NCBI RefSeq assembly: GCF_006345805.1 | Contig: NC_043020.1 | Location: forward strand, 1,302,001-1,366,000 | Direction: 5' to 3' | Length of the DNA: 64,000 bases | From: Octopus sinensis | Taxonomy: Eukaryota | Shown here: piece by piece, positions 12,439 through 25,262 of the stretch | Numbering within the stretch: the first letter of the stretch is position 1 | Layout of the letters: every line of letters starts with the position of its first letter | The notes under the pieces: model-generated | Databases searched by the model: none | What the model was told of the DNA's origin: nothing | What the model saw: the letters and a program-made list of their open reading frames with translations, nothing else | Position numbers and translations under genes: made by a program

Positions 12439-13890
12439 GTAAGACCACTGTTTGTTATTTTCAAAGGGCCTGGGTCACAATAATTGTGAAAAGCTAGCAC
12501 AGATGTCAGTCATCGAATTTGATTTCGATTTCGATTTGAAATACAGGTACAACTCGTTTTTGCCAGCTGAGTGGACTGGAGCAACATGAAATAAAGTGTC
12601 TTGCTGAAGGACACAGTGTGCCGCTGGGAATTGAACTCACAATCTTATGACCATGGGCAGTATGATCTCACCACTAAGCATTAATTTCACAAACAGGCTG
12701 TTCTGTTGACCGGATCAACTGGACCCCTTGTCATCGTAACTGACAGGGCCAGTATTATGTTACATAATTCCCTCCAAAATGCTTCATGTGGCACCCTTCT
12801 TATTTTCTCCTCAGTTACCCCCATTCAACCTTATATCAAGTGGAATAGCCATGTGTCTTCTCTATAGCAAGGCACCTGTGCTTGTTCCTCTTTCATTCTT
12901 CGCCTTCTCTACACCTGGCACAAAGTCACCTCCCTTGATACTGCTCCCCGACTTTGTCAAGGGGTCTTGACAAGGCAAGACATCAAACGGTCACTTAAAT
13001 ATATCGATTTGCCCCACTTTTTAAAAAATTTCTGTACTTGTGCCAAAATTAGAAAGGACTATCAAACACAAATCATCATCATCATCATTGTTCGACCATG
13101 GTCGAGACAATGGAATTTACTATGTTACGCCAGACTTAACGGTCCATCATAGCATTACGGAGGTCCTGTTGCTGGATGCCTGTATCCCTGGAGATTACAT
13201 CAGGGTAGGAGAGTGTGCGCCCTCTGGTATTGCGAGTAGATGGCTTCCAGAGGAGAAGAGTGGAAATTACCTCGTTTTCAGCTCTACAACAATGTCCAGC
13301 AAACTGGACTCTTCTACCTTTCACAAGAGATGATACAGGTGGTAATTTCCCATATATTTGTATTTTGGTTGGATGACACTTCCACGAGAGATTTTGAGCT
13401 CTCATAAGGAGGCAAGTGTAAGTTCCATCAAACACACACACACACACACCTGTGGACATGTAATTCCAATATTTACTTTATGTAGCATTAAAGTAAAAGT
13501 AGTAGTAATATTTATCTGTTATATAAGTATAACAGCTCTACACAATACATTGAGTACTCCCAGTCTTGTTAGTGAAACAACTTATAAATTGTTATCTCAC
13601 ACACATACACAAACAATATGTTGCATATTGTTGTTTCCACTCACTTGATAATAAATACACTCTGTCCTATGACTAGTCTTAATTCTTTATATCCATTCTT
13701 ATCCTGTCTTTACCGTACCATTCCCTCATAGCATTTTTTCTATAAATCTGCAGGTACACTAGCGTTAGCAGTATTGTTTTTTAAATGTCAAAACCACAAG
13801 AACATCTAGATAAACAGCTGATGAAGGGAACTGTTCTGGTCCTATTTGTGCACCTTATATGCATACATATGTTTTCTCTTTTCCTTTCAG

Positions 13891-14051
13891 ATTCTGCTTG
13901 TAGATTAACCAGTATCTTTGAAGGTGTCGTTTGTATTTTCTCCACCATCACCGGGCTCATAACATTCTTTCCTGATGGCACAATACACAGCATTAATCAC
14001 CATTTCGCACTGATGCTCTTTGGTTATTCAAGTTCGGAACTTATCGGCAAG
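13891..14051 (+). CDS. PASK: PASK exon, PAS-C N-part (FSTITGLITFFPDGTIHSINHHFALMLFGY...LIGK)
   Basis: cctttcag acceptor, AAG/gtaacc donor. Near-identical to PASK ISGLITLLPDGTIHGINHSFALTLFGY. Confidence 0.96.
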
Positions 14052-14295
14052 GTAACCCATTGTTTCTGCCTTTCCAGCTTTTGGAACTTATTCCTTAATT
14101 CAGTCCTTTTGGTAATGGTTTTGTCTTTGGGTGAAGGCAGGTAGCTTGGTGGTTAGGGTACTTGGCTTACAATCATATGGTCATCTTTGCCTTTCTTCCT
14201 TTTGGGGTCAATAAAATAAATATCAGTTGAGCATTGGGGGGTTGATGTATTCGACTTACCCCTTCCCTCGAAATTTGAAACCAGTATTTGCTACA

Positions 14296-14529
14296 AAAGG
14301 CGGCAAGCTGGCAGAATCGTTAGCACGCCGGGCGAAATGCTTAGCGGTATTTCGTCTGCCGCTACGTTCTGAGTTCAAATTCCGCCGAGGTCGACTTTGC
14401 CTTTCATCCTTTCGGGGTCGATTAAATAAGTACCCGTTACGCACTGGGGTCGATATAATCGACTTGATCCATTTGTCTGTCCTCGTTTGTCCTCTCTGCG
14501 TTTAGCCCCTTGTGGGTAGTAAAGAAATA
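14296..14529 (+). mobile_element. SINE family B with 13-bp TSD AGTATTTGCTACA
   Basis: TSD at 14283-14295 and 14530-14542. The central GCCTTTCATCCTTTCGGGGTCGAT..AAGTACC resembles the Deu/Nin-type SINE domain (recalled, not verified). Other copies at 7219-7635 and 52165-52585. Confidence 0.9.
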
Positions 14530-14659
14530 AGTATTTGCTACAGAATAATATTTAATATTTTTAACTTAATGGGAGACAATTCCAGAGTTGTTTCAGGCTT
14601 TTTAACTGTCATCAGCACAGCTTAAATAATCACGGCCTTTTGTTTATCTCTCTCTGTAG

Positions 14660-14798
14660 ACTATCAGCACACTGATTCCTGATTTTTATTCCATTGTGAG
14701 TTCAATGAACGTCTCATCTAGTAATCATTGCAATTCAAGTCTGCTGAAAAACTCCGTTAGCGAGACATCAACGCTGTCAAAGAAAGGGAAGAGAAAAG
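14660..14798 (+). CDS. PASK: PASK exon (TISTLIPDFYSIV...KGKRK)
   Basis: ctctgtag acceptor, G/gtaagg donor. LIPDFY matches PASK LIPGFY. Confidence 0.9.
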
Positions 14799-14869
14799 GT
14801 AAGGGAGAAAAAAGAGAGAAACCCTGTCAAAGTAATGTTTTTTTTTCCTTTCAGTTTTATCTCATGCAT

Positions 14870-15310
14870 TTCTTTGTCTCTCACCATCCCCTCCTCTCCC
14901 TCCCTTTCCACTTCCTCTCCTTGTTCTCTATTCCTCTCTCTTCTCTTCTCCCTCTCTCCTCTTCTCCCTCTATATACTCTTCTCCCTCTCTCTTCTCTTG
15001 GTCTCTCTCTTCTTCCTCTTTTCTTCTCCCTCTCTCTCTCTTCTCTTGGTCTCTCTCCTCTTCTTCCTCCCTCTATCTCCCTTTCTTCCTCTCTCTCTCC
15101 TCTTCTCCCTCTCTCTCTCCTCATCTCCCTCTCTTCCTCTCTCTCCCCTCTTCTCCCTCTCTCTCTGCTCTCTCCCTCCTCTTCTCCCTATCTCCTCTTC
15201 TCCCTCTCTTGTCTCTTCTCCCTCTCTTTCTCCTCTTCTCCCTCTGTCTCTATCTCCTTTTCTTTCCCTCTCCTCTTCTCCCTCCTCTCTCCCCTGCCTG
15301 CCTCCCTCCC
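14870..15310. repeat. Imperfect (CT)n/(CTT)n pyrimidine tract
   Basis: Visible low-complexity sequence. Confidence 0.9.
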
Positions 15311-16563
15311 ATCCTACTATTTACTTCAAAAAACCTAATCCCTTTAATCTGGCTATTAATTTACTCACCTGTAAAATTAAAACACAAAAAAAAAGAAAGA
15401 AAGAAAGAAAGCCATGATGCCAGATCTGATAAGAAACCCCATCATTTCAAAAGCATTTCAACAAACATACATATAGACTCAATACTTCAAAATAAGAATT
15501 AAAACTGAAACCCAAATCAGCCAATTCTTTCATCCGATATATCCTGGCATACAATTTGATGCAGTATACCACATAATCATGAAATATTAACCATCAGACA
15601 TTGTTGCTATCTTTTCAAATCCTGTTGGATTTCATATGGAATGTTTTGGTCCTCAGAAGTCATCTTGGCGGTATAAATCGAGCCACTTTTGTTTTGGCTG
15701 TAAGTTATGGTCTGAAGAATTTAACTTGTTTCCCAGGAACTTGGGTAGATTTTTAGAATGATTAGTACTTTTTGCTTTGGACTGATGGTTCTCAACCATT
15801 TTTTGGCCTATGGACCCCTTTAATTCCTAGTTTACTCTGCTGGACCCTCATTGCTCTCCAATGATTTTTTTAAAAATCCAATATTCTTAATCTCTCTAAA
15901 TATAAAGCTGAAGTTGTCTGTGTGTGGCAGCTTTGGTAGCCTTCAACTAACACTGTCTCCTCCAAGACCCTGCAGCACAAGTTGACCAAAATTGAGAGTA
16001 TGATAGAAGAAGGCTTGCTCTTCCTTCCGTAGAAGAAAAAATTAAAATCAGACCATGTTAACACCAAAAATTATTAACATCAAAAAGGTGCTTTTTTTCT
16101 ATGAAAATCCCTATTCTTTACGATTTTTTGACTGTTGTGTCACCATTTTTCGGTGCATTTCAACCAGAAAAATGTTCACTTAAAGAGAATAACAAGCTAT
16201 ATAATGCAAAATTTTTACTTTTCAAAAATTCCAATTCTAAAGGGTCGAAAAGAAAACAAACCCAAGCAACACCGGGCGATACTCCTAGTACTGAATATTA
16301 TTAAGAATTGCTTTAAAAATTGCTAAAATATTTTGGTCTATTGGAGAAGTATAACCAGGTTATTGCAGATGAATTTTAACACAAAAATTTTATATGGGCC
16401 CCCACAAGGGCCATATGGATCCCACCCAAAACCATATGGACCCTGGTTGAGAATCACTACTTTAAATGATACCTCTTTGAGCTAAAAGTCCTGTCCTTAA
16501 CTGTTTTTTTCCTTTTATTTGTTTTTGTTGTTGCTTTAATATTGTTTAAATATAATTTTCCAG

Positions 16564-17848
16564 GCTCCAAAAGGGCTACCCTCGAAGGAAATATAGCACA
16601 CCACAAGCACCAAGAAATGCTGAAAGAAAACCAGTTTATGGAAAGAAATGCTGAAGAAAAGGGCACGCTTGATTTCAGTGACTGGATGAAGGATGTGGAG
16701 GAGCTGAAACCTGAAAGTTCTTCGACCCCATATCGTTCTTCAAAAAGCTTAAACCATAATGAAATCACCCCTTCTGTGATAGATGAAGATCTGTTATTTC
16801 TGCCTTCCGTTAAAATGAAGGACAGGCAGCATGAGCCAATTTTGACCAAAGATTTGTTCTCGAACCCTGAAGAAAGTTCTGTTGTGATACTGGAACCAGA
16901 TCCTCTTGAAGGCATTACTAGAAAGCCTGAAGAGTCTAAATGTGTCCCAGATGTTGGAATTGCAAAAGCTCACTCTGCGCTGTCCGTTGAGGAGCAACAA
17001 CACGATGGTGATGACGGTGGTGGTGATCATGTTTGCAACCAGTTTGAAGATGGTGCCAAGACAGCCAAAGATTTAAAGACCAGTAAAATCACTTCCATCG
17101 AGGATACAAAGACTCCTGTAGAATCTAATTTATATATTAGCGGCAATACTGAAAACACACCTGGTGAGAAATTATTCCATAACAAGAGCTTACACCTGGA
17201 AAACACCAGCCCACCTGACCAAAATCTCAATGATAAGGCTGATGAGAATCTCCTAACAGAGGCTATAGTGATAAAACATGATAACAGTTTCCTTTGTAAA
17301 ACCAAGCTCTGTTCAAGAACACAGTCCGTTGGTTCTGAACTGACTTTAATTGAATCTAAGATGAAAGCCCTTCAAGTAGACTGCGAACTGCTGCCCAGTG
17401 AATTTGGTTCCGACAACAACCTCGACAATGAACGCTTTAATGAGAATGTGGTGGCTGCTGATGGTATAGGCGATGTTAATGACCGCAAGAAGACTCTGAC
17501 AAGAAAGCGCGAAGTTGATAAGAAAGAACCCAACATTAATCTTATAAACAGGATGAGCGTTTCCCTGACGGAGTCGGTTTCCAAACAAGCCCCTCCGTCG
17601 AACTATAAATTACGGCGGAGAAGGAGTTTCAAAGCACTGCCTCCCAGGAAAATGTGTTTTGAAAGATCCAAAACAGATAAAATGCTAGCATCCTCTGAAG
17701 ACTCTGAAGAAGACAGCTTTGAACTTTTGGAGAAAGAAATTCAAAAGTCTTGTCAGGGAAAAGAATATGATGAAGACCTCCTTGACAGCGGTGATATATT
17801 AAGCTCTTTTGGCAGTTCAAAGAAAACTGAAGATATGCTGCAAAAGAG
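16564..17848 (+). CDS. PASK: PASK large linker exon (~428 aa, S/E/D/K-rich, probably disordered)
   Basis: 438-aa ORF in the track. ttttccag acceptor and AG/gttagt donor, with phases 1 and 2 fitting both neighbours. Confidence 0.88.
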
Positions 17849-19365
17849 GTTAGTATAATTAAAATCTACAATCAATTTTTTAATAATTTTTTGATGTTTA
17901 TTTTATAAAAACTACAATCAATTTTTTAATAATGCTTATTTTAATTTCTATTTCCATTTAAACATGGATGTCTTGTTGAAACAAACTCTACAGTGGTAGA
18001 TACCATGAAAGAATCTCTCATATTGGCCAATATGAGAAATTCTTTCATGGTATCTACCATGTATGGGTGGCCAGATCTACCTCAATGCCATAGTAACCAC
18101 CCTCACACCATCTCGCTATCTTACCTGGTTTTGGGTGTCTTCCTTTCTCAAGCCAACCCTACCAGTACCAATGTTCACAAGGATAGATCCTACAATGATT
18201 TATCACTAACGGAGAGATAAATCCCTGTCATCTCCAGTGCTGAGAGCAACCGAAAGCGCATCTGGTTATAGAATACCTGTCTCAACAAATACCATTTAAT
18301 TAACGCAGGCATAGAAAAGTAGACGTTAAATGAACAGTGATTATTCTGTGTGTGTCAGCCTTAACTTGTAACTGGGTAGTAGATCTGCAGCCAGTGACTG
18401 AGCCCTCTTCACCTTGCTGGTTGTGAAGGGCGCCAGTGCCTGAGATGGCTACTCTGTCCAAAGGTATAGAAGAGCTGGGGGCATTGGGGTGCAGGTGAGG
18501 AAATCTGATGTCCGTCATCATCTGATTTACTTACTGTGTGTGGTTTTGTTTTTTTACCCTTTATGAGATTATCTTTCGCTTTTTATCAGCTGGGTGGTGT
18601 CCACTCTGCTGAGGGGTTAGTGTTATGAAGGGCATCCAGTTGTAAAAACCATGCCAAAACAGGCACAGAAGTTTGGTGCAGGCTCTTGCCTGGCCAGCTC
18701 CTGTCAAACCATCCAAACCATGCCAACATGGAATGTGGATGTTAAACGGTGGTGGTGGTGGTGTTGGGGTTAAGGACTTATTAGTAGTTGCAATGGTGTA
18801 ATGATGTGAGATGTCTTTGAGAGAGAGAGAGGGGTGACTCTGTATTACTGAGAAATACTAATGAATTCCTGTACTGAAATAGTCATGCAGGTATGGCCGT
18901 GTGGTAAGAAATTCGCTTCTCAACCACATAGTGCCAGGTTCAGTCCCACTGGATAGCACCTTGGACAAGTGTCTTCTACTATAGACTCAGACTGACTGAA
19001 GCCTTGTAATTCAATTTGGTAGGTGGAAACTGAAAGAAGCCTGTCGAGTGTGTGTCTGTCTGTGTTTTTCCTACCACCACCACCACCACTTGACAACTGG
19101 TGTTGGTGTGTTTACATCCCTGTAACTTAGCAGTTCAGCAAAAGAGACTGATGGTAATTTGGTGGTGGTTCTTGTTGTTGTTGTTGTTTCAGGAATTGCT
19201 AAACTCTGTCTCCCAGCATCTTTTATCATCTGAATATACTCTGTTTCTAAGTTATTATTTTTCAATTTTTTAAATTTTATCTAGTTTCAGCTCACGAGCT
19301 GTGGCCATGCTGGGGCACCACCATTATGTTTTCACTGTTTAAAATTTTTTTTTTTTTTTTTCCAG

Positions 19366-19700
19366 TTTAGTGATCCCGGATATAGTAGAATCTCCAACCG
19401 GTAGTAATAAAACCCAGCTGAGCAAATTGGCCTTTGATAACGTTCCGGTCCCCGATCCTCGTCTTCACGAGACGGTGATTTCCGAAGCTGTACTGAAAAC
19501 ATCGGTCGTCAAGCATCTGTCTCCGAACTACCAGAAGACAGCCATGCGGAACAGCCACATTCAGCGAAACAAGACCAAGAGTGAGATGGATGACGTCCCT
19601 GAGGACAGCGAATCGGTTCAAGAAAACCTCAGCAACCTCGATGAGTTCACGGACGGAGAGTTTTCCGGAATGTGTGTTCACAAGGATGGATCCTACATTG
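19366..19700 (+). CDS. PASK: PASK exon (linker end plus FTDGEFSGMCVHKDGSYI)
   Basis: Poly-T tract plus ccag acceptor, G/gtaaga donor. Matches PASK EGAYSGSCYHRDG. Confidence 0.92.
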
Positions 19701-19760
19701 GTAAGATAAGAGCAATTTTGTATCTTGATTCGGTTGAGGAGTAGAAGCAAACAAAATACC

Positions 19761-19988
19761 TATTTCTTTACTACCCAGAAGGGGCTAAACACAGAAGGGA
19801 CAAACAAGGACAGACAAACGGATTAAGTCGATTACATCTACCCCAGTGCGAAACTGGTACTTTATTTATCAACCCCAAAAGGATGAAAGGCAAAGTCGAC
19901 CTTGGCAGAATTTGAACTCAGAACGTAACGGTAGACGAAATACGGCTACGCATTTCACTCGGCATGCTAATGTTTCTGCCGGCTCGCT
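19761..19988 (-). mobile_element. SINE family B with 14-bp TSD GCAAACAAAATACC
   Basis: TSD at 19747-19760 and 19989-20002. Confidence 0.9.
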
Positions 19989-20579
19989 GCAAACAAAATA
20001 CCCTGTGGTCTTTAATTACAGCATGGAATTACCTGGCTTAGTGATCATAAAATTGTAGTTTCTATTCCTGGTCTGGGTGATGTGGTGTATTCTTGAGCAA
20101 AACACTTTGTTCCAGTTCACACAGTTGATAGAAATGAATAATCCAAAGGCCGTGGTTTCAATTCTTGGACTGGGCAATGTGTTGTGTTCCTGAGCAAAAT
20201 ACTTCATTTCATTTCATTCCAGTCCACTTAGCTGACAAAAAGGAGTAATCCTGTGACGCACCAGCATGGAGGTGCATGGCTTAGTGATCATAGATTGTAG
20301 TTTCTATTCCTGGTCTGGGCGATTGTTGTGTTCTTGAGCAAAACACTTCATTTCACTCTGTTCTAGTTCACACAGCTGATAAAAATGAATAATCGAAAGG
20401 CTGTGGTTTCAATTCTTGGACTGGGTGATGTGTTGTATTAAGCAAAACACCTCATTTCATATTGTTCCAATCCATTCTGCTGGCAAAGATGAGTAATCCT
20501 GCAATGGACCGGCATCCCATCCAGGGAGGAAGGTATAAGCCAGATAAACTAGGGACCTGGTCCTATGTTCCTTATGGAG

Positions 20580-20740
20580 TAATGTCATCATTATCATCAC
20601 CCAGTATTTTCAATCCAGGTTTTGTCCCCGTTAACGGGGGTGGCCAGATCTACCTTACTACCATAGCAACAGCCCTCACACCATCTTGCCTGGTTTTGGG
20701 TGTCTTCCTTTCTCAAGCCAACCCTCCCAATATCCTCCTC
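20580..20740 (-). mobile_element. RTE-type LINE 3' end with (GAT)n tail; second copy ~18060-18170
   Basis: Minus strand reads VGLRKEDTQNQARW...LATP, followed by GAT repeats. Confidence 0.65.
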
Positions 20741-23069
20741 CACCCGTTACTTTCACGTTTTCGACCATTTAATTACAACCCTTTACATTCTGAGTTCAAA
20801 TCCTTCCAAGGTCAATTTTGCCTTTCGTCCTTCCTTCCAAGGTTGATAAGAATTAAGAAAGCACCTGTGAAGCACTGGGGTTGGTGTGATTGACACTTGT
20901 CCCTCCCACAAATACATGCACAAACTCAGTTCACTCAGCTGTAGAAATGAGTTGCAACATCACAGATGCCAAGCTGTATCGGGTCCCTTTACCTTTCCCT
21001 TGGATAACACTGGTGGTGTGGAGAGGGGAGGCCGGTATGCATGGGCAACTGCTGGTCTTCCATAAACAACCTTACCTGGACTTGAGCCTGGGAGGGTAAC
21101 TTTCTAGGTGCAGTCGTGACCGAAGGGGGTCTCAGACTCAGACTTATTCTGTCCTTCTCTTTTACCAAACTGCTAAGTCACAGGGACATAAACATGTCAA
21201 CATTGGTTGTCAAGCAGTGGTGGGGGAACAAATACAGACACAAAGACACACACACGACACGCTTCTTTCAGTTTCCATCTACCAAATCCACTCACAAGGC
21301 TTTGGTCGGCCCAAGGCTATTGGTGAAGAGACTTGCCCAAAGTATCATGCAGTGGGACTGAACCCAGAACCATGTGGCTGGGAAGCAAACTTCTTACCAC
21401 ACCACCATACCTGCACCTACCCACACAGCCTTATCTGTGTGTTTCCTCAATCTGTTTTGGCAAAAAAATGTATTTATTGGCAAGAGAACGGATAAAAAAG
21501 AAACCAGTTCATTTGAACAAAAATACTTTGTACTATTTATTCCTGCCCAAATTATATAAATTCCGGCTGGCATCCCTCCATTATTAGCTTCCAATTCCAC
21601 ATGGGTTTACTTTGTCTTTCAACCTTGCAATGTCAATGAAATACCAGACATATGCCATGGTTGATTTAATTAATTAATTATACTTCCCACCATGATGTTG
21701 CAGCAAAGTGAAAAAAAGGTCATTGTTTGGATAACAGTGTTTAACAAAAGTTTTATTTTTCTTATTTTTGTCTTTGGTCAAAAAGTGTTGTTTCCCATTT
21801 GCTTCTATTCTAGGAATCAAAGGAAATGTCTACTCTTCCCTTCAAACATTGCTTTTCTTTTGAAACTGATCTATTTTCCATTACATTTCAGACAGGTTCA
21901 GCCCCAAGATGCTGAAGTGGAAATATCGTTATAGCAAATATTCTGCTCAGCACCACAAATTTGCTTATCAATTGCTTGACCTTAACCAGTTGAGCATGTC
22001 CCTTAGTGGCTGACGATATGTGCATCTCTGATCATGAGTCAGAGTAGCAGGGGAGCATCGTAGTCATGTGTTGAGAGGGTATCTTTGGGGTTTGAATAAT
22101 TCACCCTTGGAGTCATGGGTGTTTTATTCATTATCGTTAAGCAATACTTTTGAGTGGAATGGGATTCATTGGGGTTTGAATAAATATAACAAAAGCAAAG
22201 TTTGAAGGAAATATTAGGTATTTTTCATACTTTCTAGGGGTAAGCAAATGGGAAATAACAGTTGTTACCCAAGGACAAAAATCATGTTACCCAGTGTAAT
22301 TATTAAAGGTAATGAGCTGGTAGAACCTTTGGAGCAAAGCAAAGGGTTTGCAATATTTTCTTGTGTTTGTCTTCATTTTTGTTTTTAACATCCACTTTTT
22401 CGTGTCTGCATGGGTCAAACAGAACTTGTTGGGGCAGGTTGTCTGTGGTTGGATGCCATTCCTGCTGTCAACCCTCACCTGTTTCCAAAGAAAGAAATAT
22501 TTCCCCATGGCCAGGTATATTTGCCATGGCAAGTTGGGGACGAACAGCGTTGCTTGTATAACAGTGACACTCATTTACAGTTATCACATGTTGTGAAAAC
22601 ACACACACACTCTATGGGCTTCTTTCAGTTTCTGTCTTCCAAATCCACCCACAAGGAACTGGTTTGCTTGGGACTGTAGTAGAAGACACTTGCTCACGAT
22701 GTCGTGCAGTAGGACTGAACCTGAAACCACACGGGTGGGAAGCAAACTTCTTGACCTCACACCCATTCCTCTGCCTGGGTTCTAAGTTGTAAATTCCATC
22801 ACTGTTGACTTTGCCAACCTTTGGAAGGATACAGACAAGTTTTTTTATGTACAGAAACAGGTAAAGGATGATCAAGAAAACACCTAACAGTGGAAGCTTC
22901 GAGTTTGATGCCAGTGAATCTACTATTTGTTTCATTTGCAAAGTGCTTGGACATGATTCATATATCACTAATTCATTTATCACTGTTATTTTTTTTATCT
23001 GTTTTATTTTTAATCAAACCCCAGTGATAAATGAGGCTAGATCTATTTACCTCCTCACATACTACTTTG

Positions 23070-23374
23070 TAGAGGCACATGGCCTAGTGGTTAGAGCAGC
23101 GGACTCGCGGTCAAGGGATCGTGGGTTCGAATCTCAAACCGGGCGATGTATGTGTTTATGTGCAAAAACACCTAAGCTCCACGCGGCACCGGCAGAAGGT
23201 AATGGCGAACTTCTGCTGACTCTTTCGCCACAACTTTCTCTCACTCTTTCCTCCTGCATCTTGCAGCTCACCTGCGATGGACTGGCATCCCGTCCAGGTA
23301 GGGAACCTATACGCCAAAAAACCAGGAAACTGGCCCTTATAGGCCAAGCAGGGCTCGAGAAGGAACAAACAACA
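23070..23374 (+). mobile_element. SINE family D (tRNA-like head with TCG in the anticodon position) with 11-bp TSD ATACTACTTTG
   Basis: A-box TGGCCTAGTGG and B-box GGTTCGAATC. TSD at 23059-23069 and 23375-23385. Confidence 0.9.
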
Positions 23375-23591
23375 ATACTACTTTGCTTTTCATTCTTCCA
23401 AACAATTCCTAAAATGCAGGACCAATTAGGTACTGGGACCAGTGCTTTCAACTATACGCCTTGATCCAAAATTTAAGTTTTTGTCTTTATTATAGAATCA
23501 ATTATGATTTGTATTATTTGTGTAATTCTTTCAATGTCCTTAATTGCCATAACAAAAAGATGAAAGCCTTTCTCTCCTATTTAATATTCAG

Positions 23592-23746
23592 GTATAAATT
23601 TTGCCATCAACCCAATGTTGCTGGAATCAGGAGAGTTGATGTTTTGCATGTGGGTAAGCCAAGACTTGGAGAATGCATCCGTTGCTAGTTTACGTGCTGG
23701 GTTCACCAGCTGTTCCAATGATGAATCAATCCATTCTGAAGATCTG
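23592..23746 (+). CDS. PASK: PASK exon (GINFAINPMLLESGELMFCMWVSQD...SEDL)
   Basis: attcag acceptor, CTG/gtaggt donor. Matches PASK IQFEVRRVEL...LFCCWLVKD. Confidence 0.88.
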
Positions 23747-24518
23747 GTAGGTCTTTTCTTTCTTTCTCTCTCTCTCTCTCTCTCGCTTTTGTTTTTGTAG
23801 CAATTAGTGAAAGATAGGAAGAACAGTCTTTGAGATCGATGACAAGAGAGAAGTGAGTTAGCTTTAGACTGGAAAAATAGCCTGGGTGTTTCCAACAGGG
23901 TGGACTCAGCTAAAGACATCTTGCTTTGACTTTGTTAGAAATCTGTAAGAGCTACTACAGCTGGCCACGTGATTAGTGTCGGTGTGTCCCAGCTGAGACT
24001 CTGTGCCTTGTGCTTTTAATTCTGGCTCTTTATTTTCTGTGTTCAAATTCCACTGAGATCAACTTTTCTATTCTTCCACCTGGGGTCGCAAAAAAAAAAA
24101 ACATACCAGTCATGTACTGGGGTTGCTTTAACTGACTTATTTTTCCCTTCCATTCAAAACATTTGTGCCTAAATTAGAATCTTGTTATTATTACTTATAT
24201 ATCTCACATCTTTTCTCTGTTAGTTGTTTCACCCATCGTGTGTGAACTGGGGCCATGCTCATTTGAAAGGTTTCGATGGGCAAAGTCAACCCCCCGCCCA
24301 GTATTTATTTTTTAAAATCTGATACTTACTCTGTCATTCTGCTAAGTTACCGAGGGGGCAGGTGTAAATACACCAACACTGGTTACCAAGCTGGAGCAAC
24401 ACCTCGAAATATTTAGTCAAATGAATTGACCCGAGTACTTTTCTATTGTTTTAAAGCTTGTACTTTTTTCTGTCAATCTATTTTGCCGAACCACTAAGTT
24501 GCGGGACGTAGACACACC

Positions 24519-25020
24519 TATTTCTTTACTACCCACAAGGGGCTAAACACAGAGGGGACAAACAAGGACAGACAAACAGATTAAGTTGATTATATCAACC
24601 CTAGGGCATAAGGCGGCGAGCTGGAAAAGGCGGCGAGCTGGCAGAATCGTTAGCACGCCGGGCGAAATGCTTAGCGGTATTTCGTCTGTCGTTACGTTTC
24701 GAGTTCAAATTCCGCCGAGGTCGACTTTGCCTTTCATCCTTTCCGGGTCGATAAATTAAGTACCAGTTACGCACTGGGGTCGATGTTATCGATTTAATCC
24801 GTTTGTCTGTCCTTGTTTGTTCCCTCTGTGTTTAGCCCCTTGTGGGTAGTAAAGAAAGATATATCAACCCTAGTGTGTAACTGGTACTTAATTTATCGAC
24901 CCCGAAAGGATGAAAGGCAAAGTCGACCTCGGCGGAATTTGAACTCAGAACGTAACGGCAGACGAAAGACGGCTACACATTTCGCCCGGCGTGCTAAAGA
25001 TTCTGCCAGCTCGCCACCTT
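24519..25020 (-). mobile_element. Nested SINE-B (+) inside SINE-B (-) inside SINE-A
   Basis: Outer TSD AGACACACC (24510 and 25021). Inner TSD TATATCAACCCTAG (24591 and 24860). Confidence 0.88.
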
Positions 25021-25262
25021 AGACACACCACCACCAATTGTCAAGCAGTTGTGAGGCTCAAACACACACACACACACACACACACATGATGGTCTTCTTT
25101 TAGTTTCCAACTACCAAATCCACTCACAAGGTTTCTCTGGGGCTATAGTAGAAAATACTTGCCCAAGGTGCCACATGCTGGGTCTGAACCCAGAACCCAG
25201 GCTTCTTACCGCACAGCCTGCACTTCTGTATTGTCTACATCTGAGGAATTCTATGAGTAATA

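Noticed and set aside
14799-15502. Leu/Ser-rich ORF continuations after the PASK exon
   Set aside because: They are intronic CT repeats following a strong GTAAGG donor.
21880-22160. Possible extra PASK exon (cag/ACAGGTTCAGCCCC...)
   Set aside because: It hits a stop quickly, has no good donor, and runs into repeat-like sequence.
23071-23145. tRNA-Arg gene
   Set aside because: It has A/B boxes but continues into a SINE body with a TSD, recurs at 38026 and 55313, and has poor acceptor-stem pairing.
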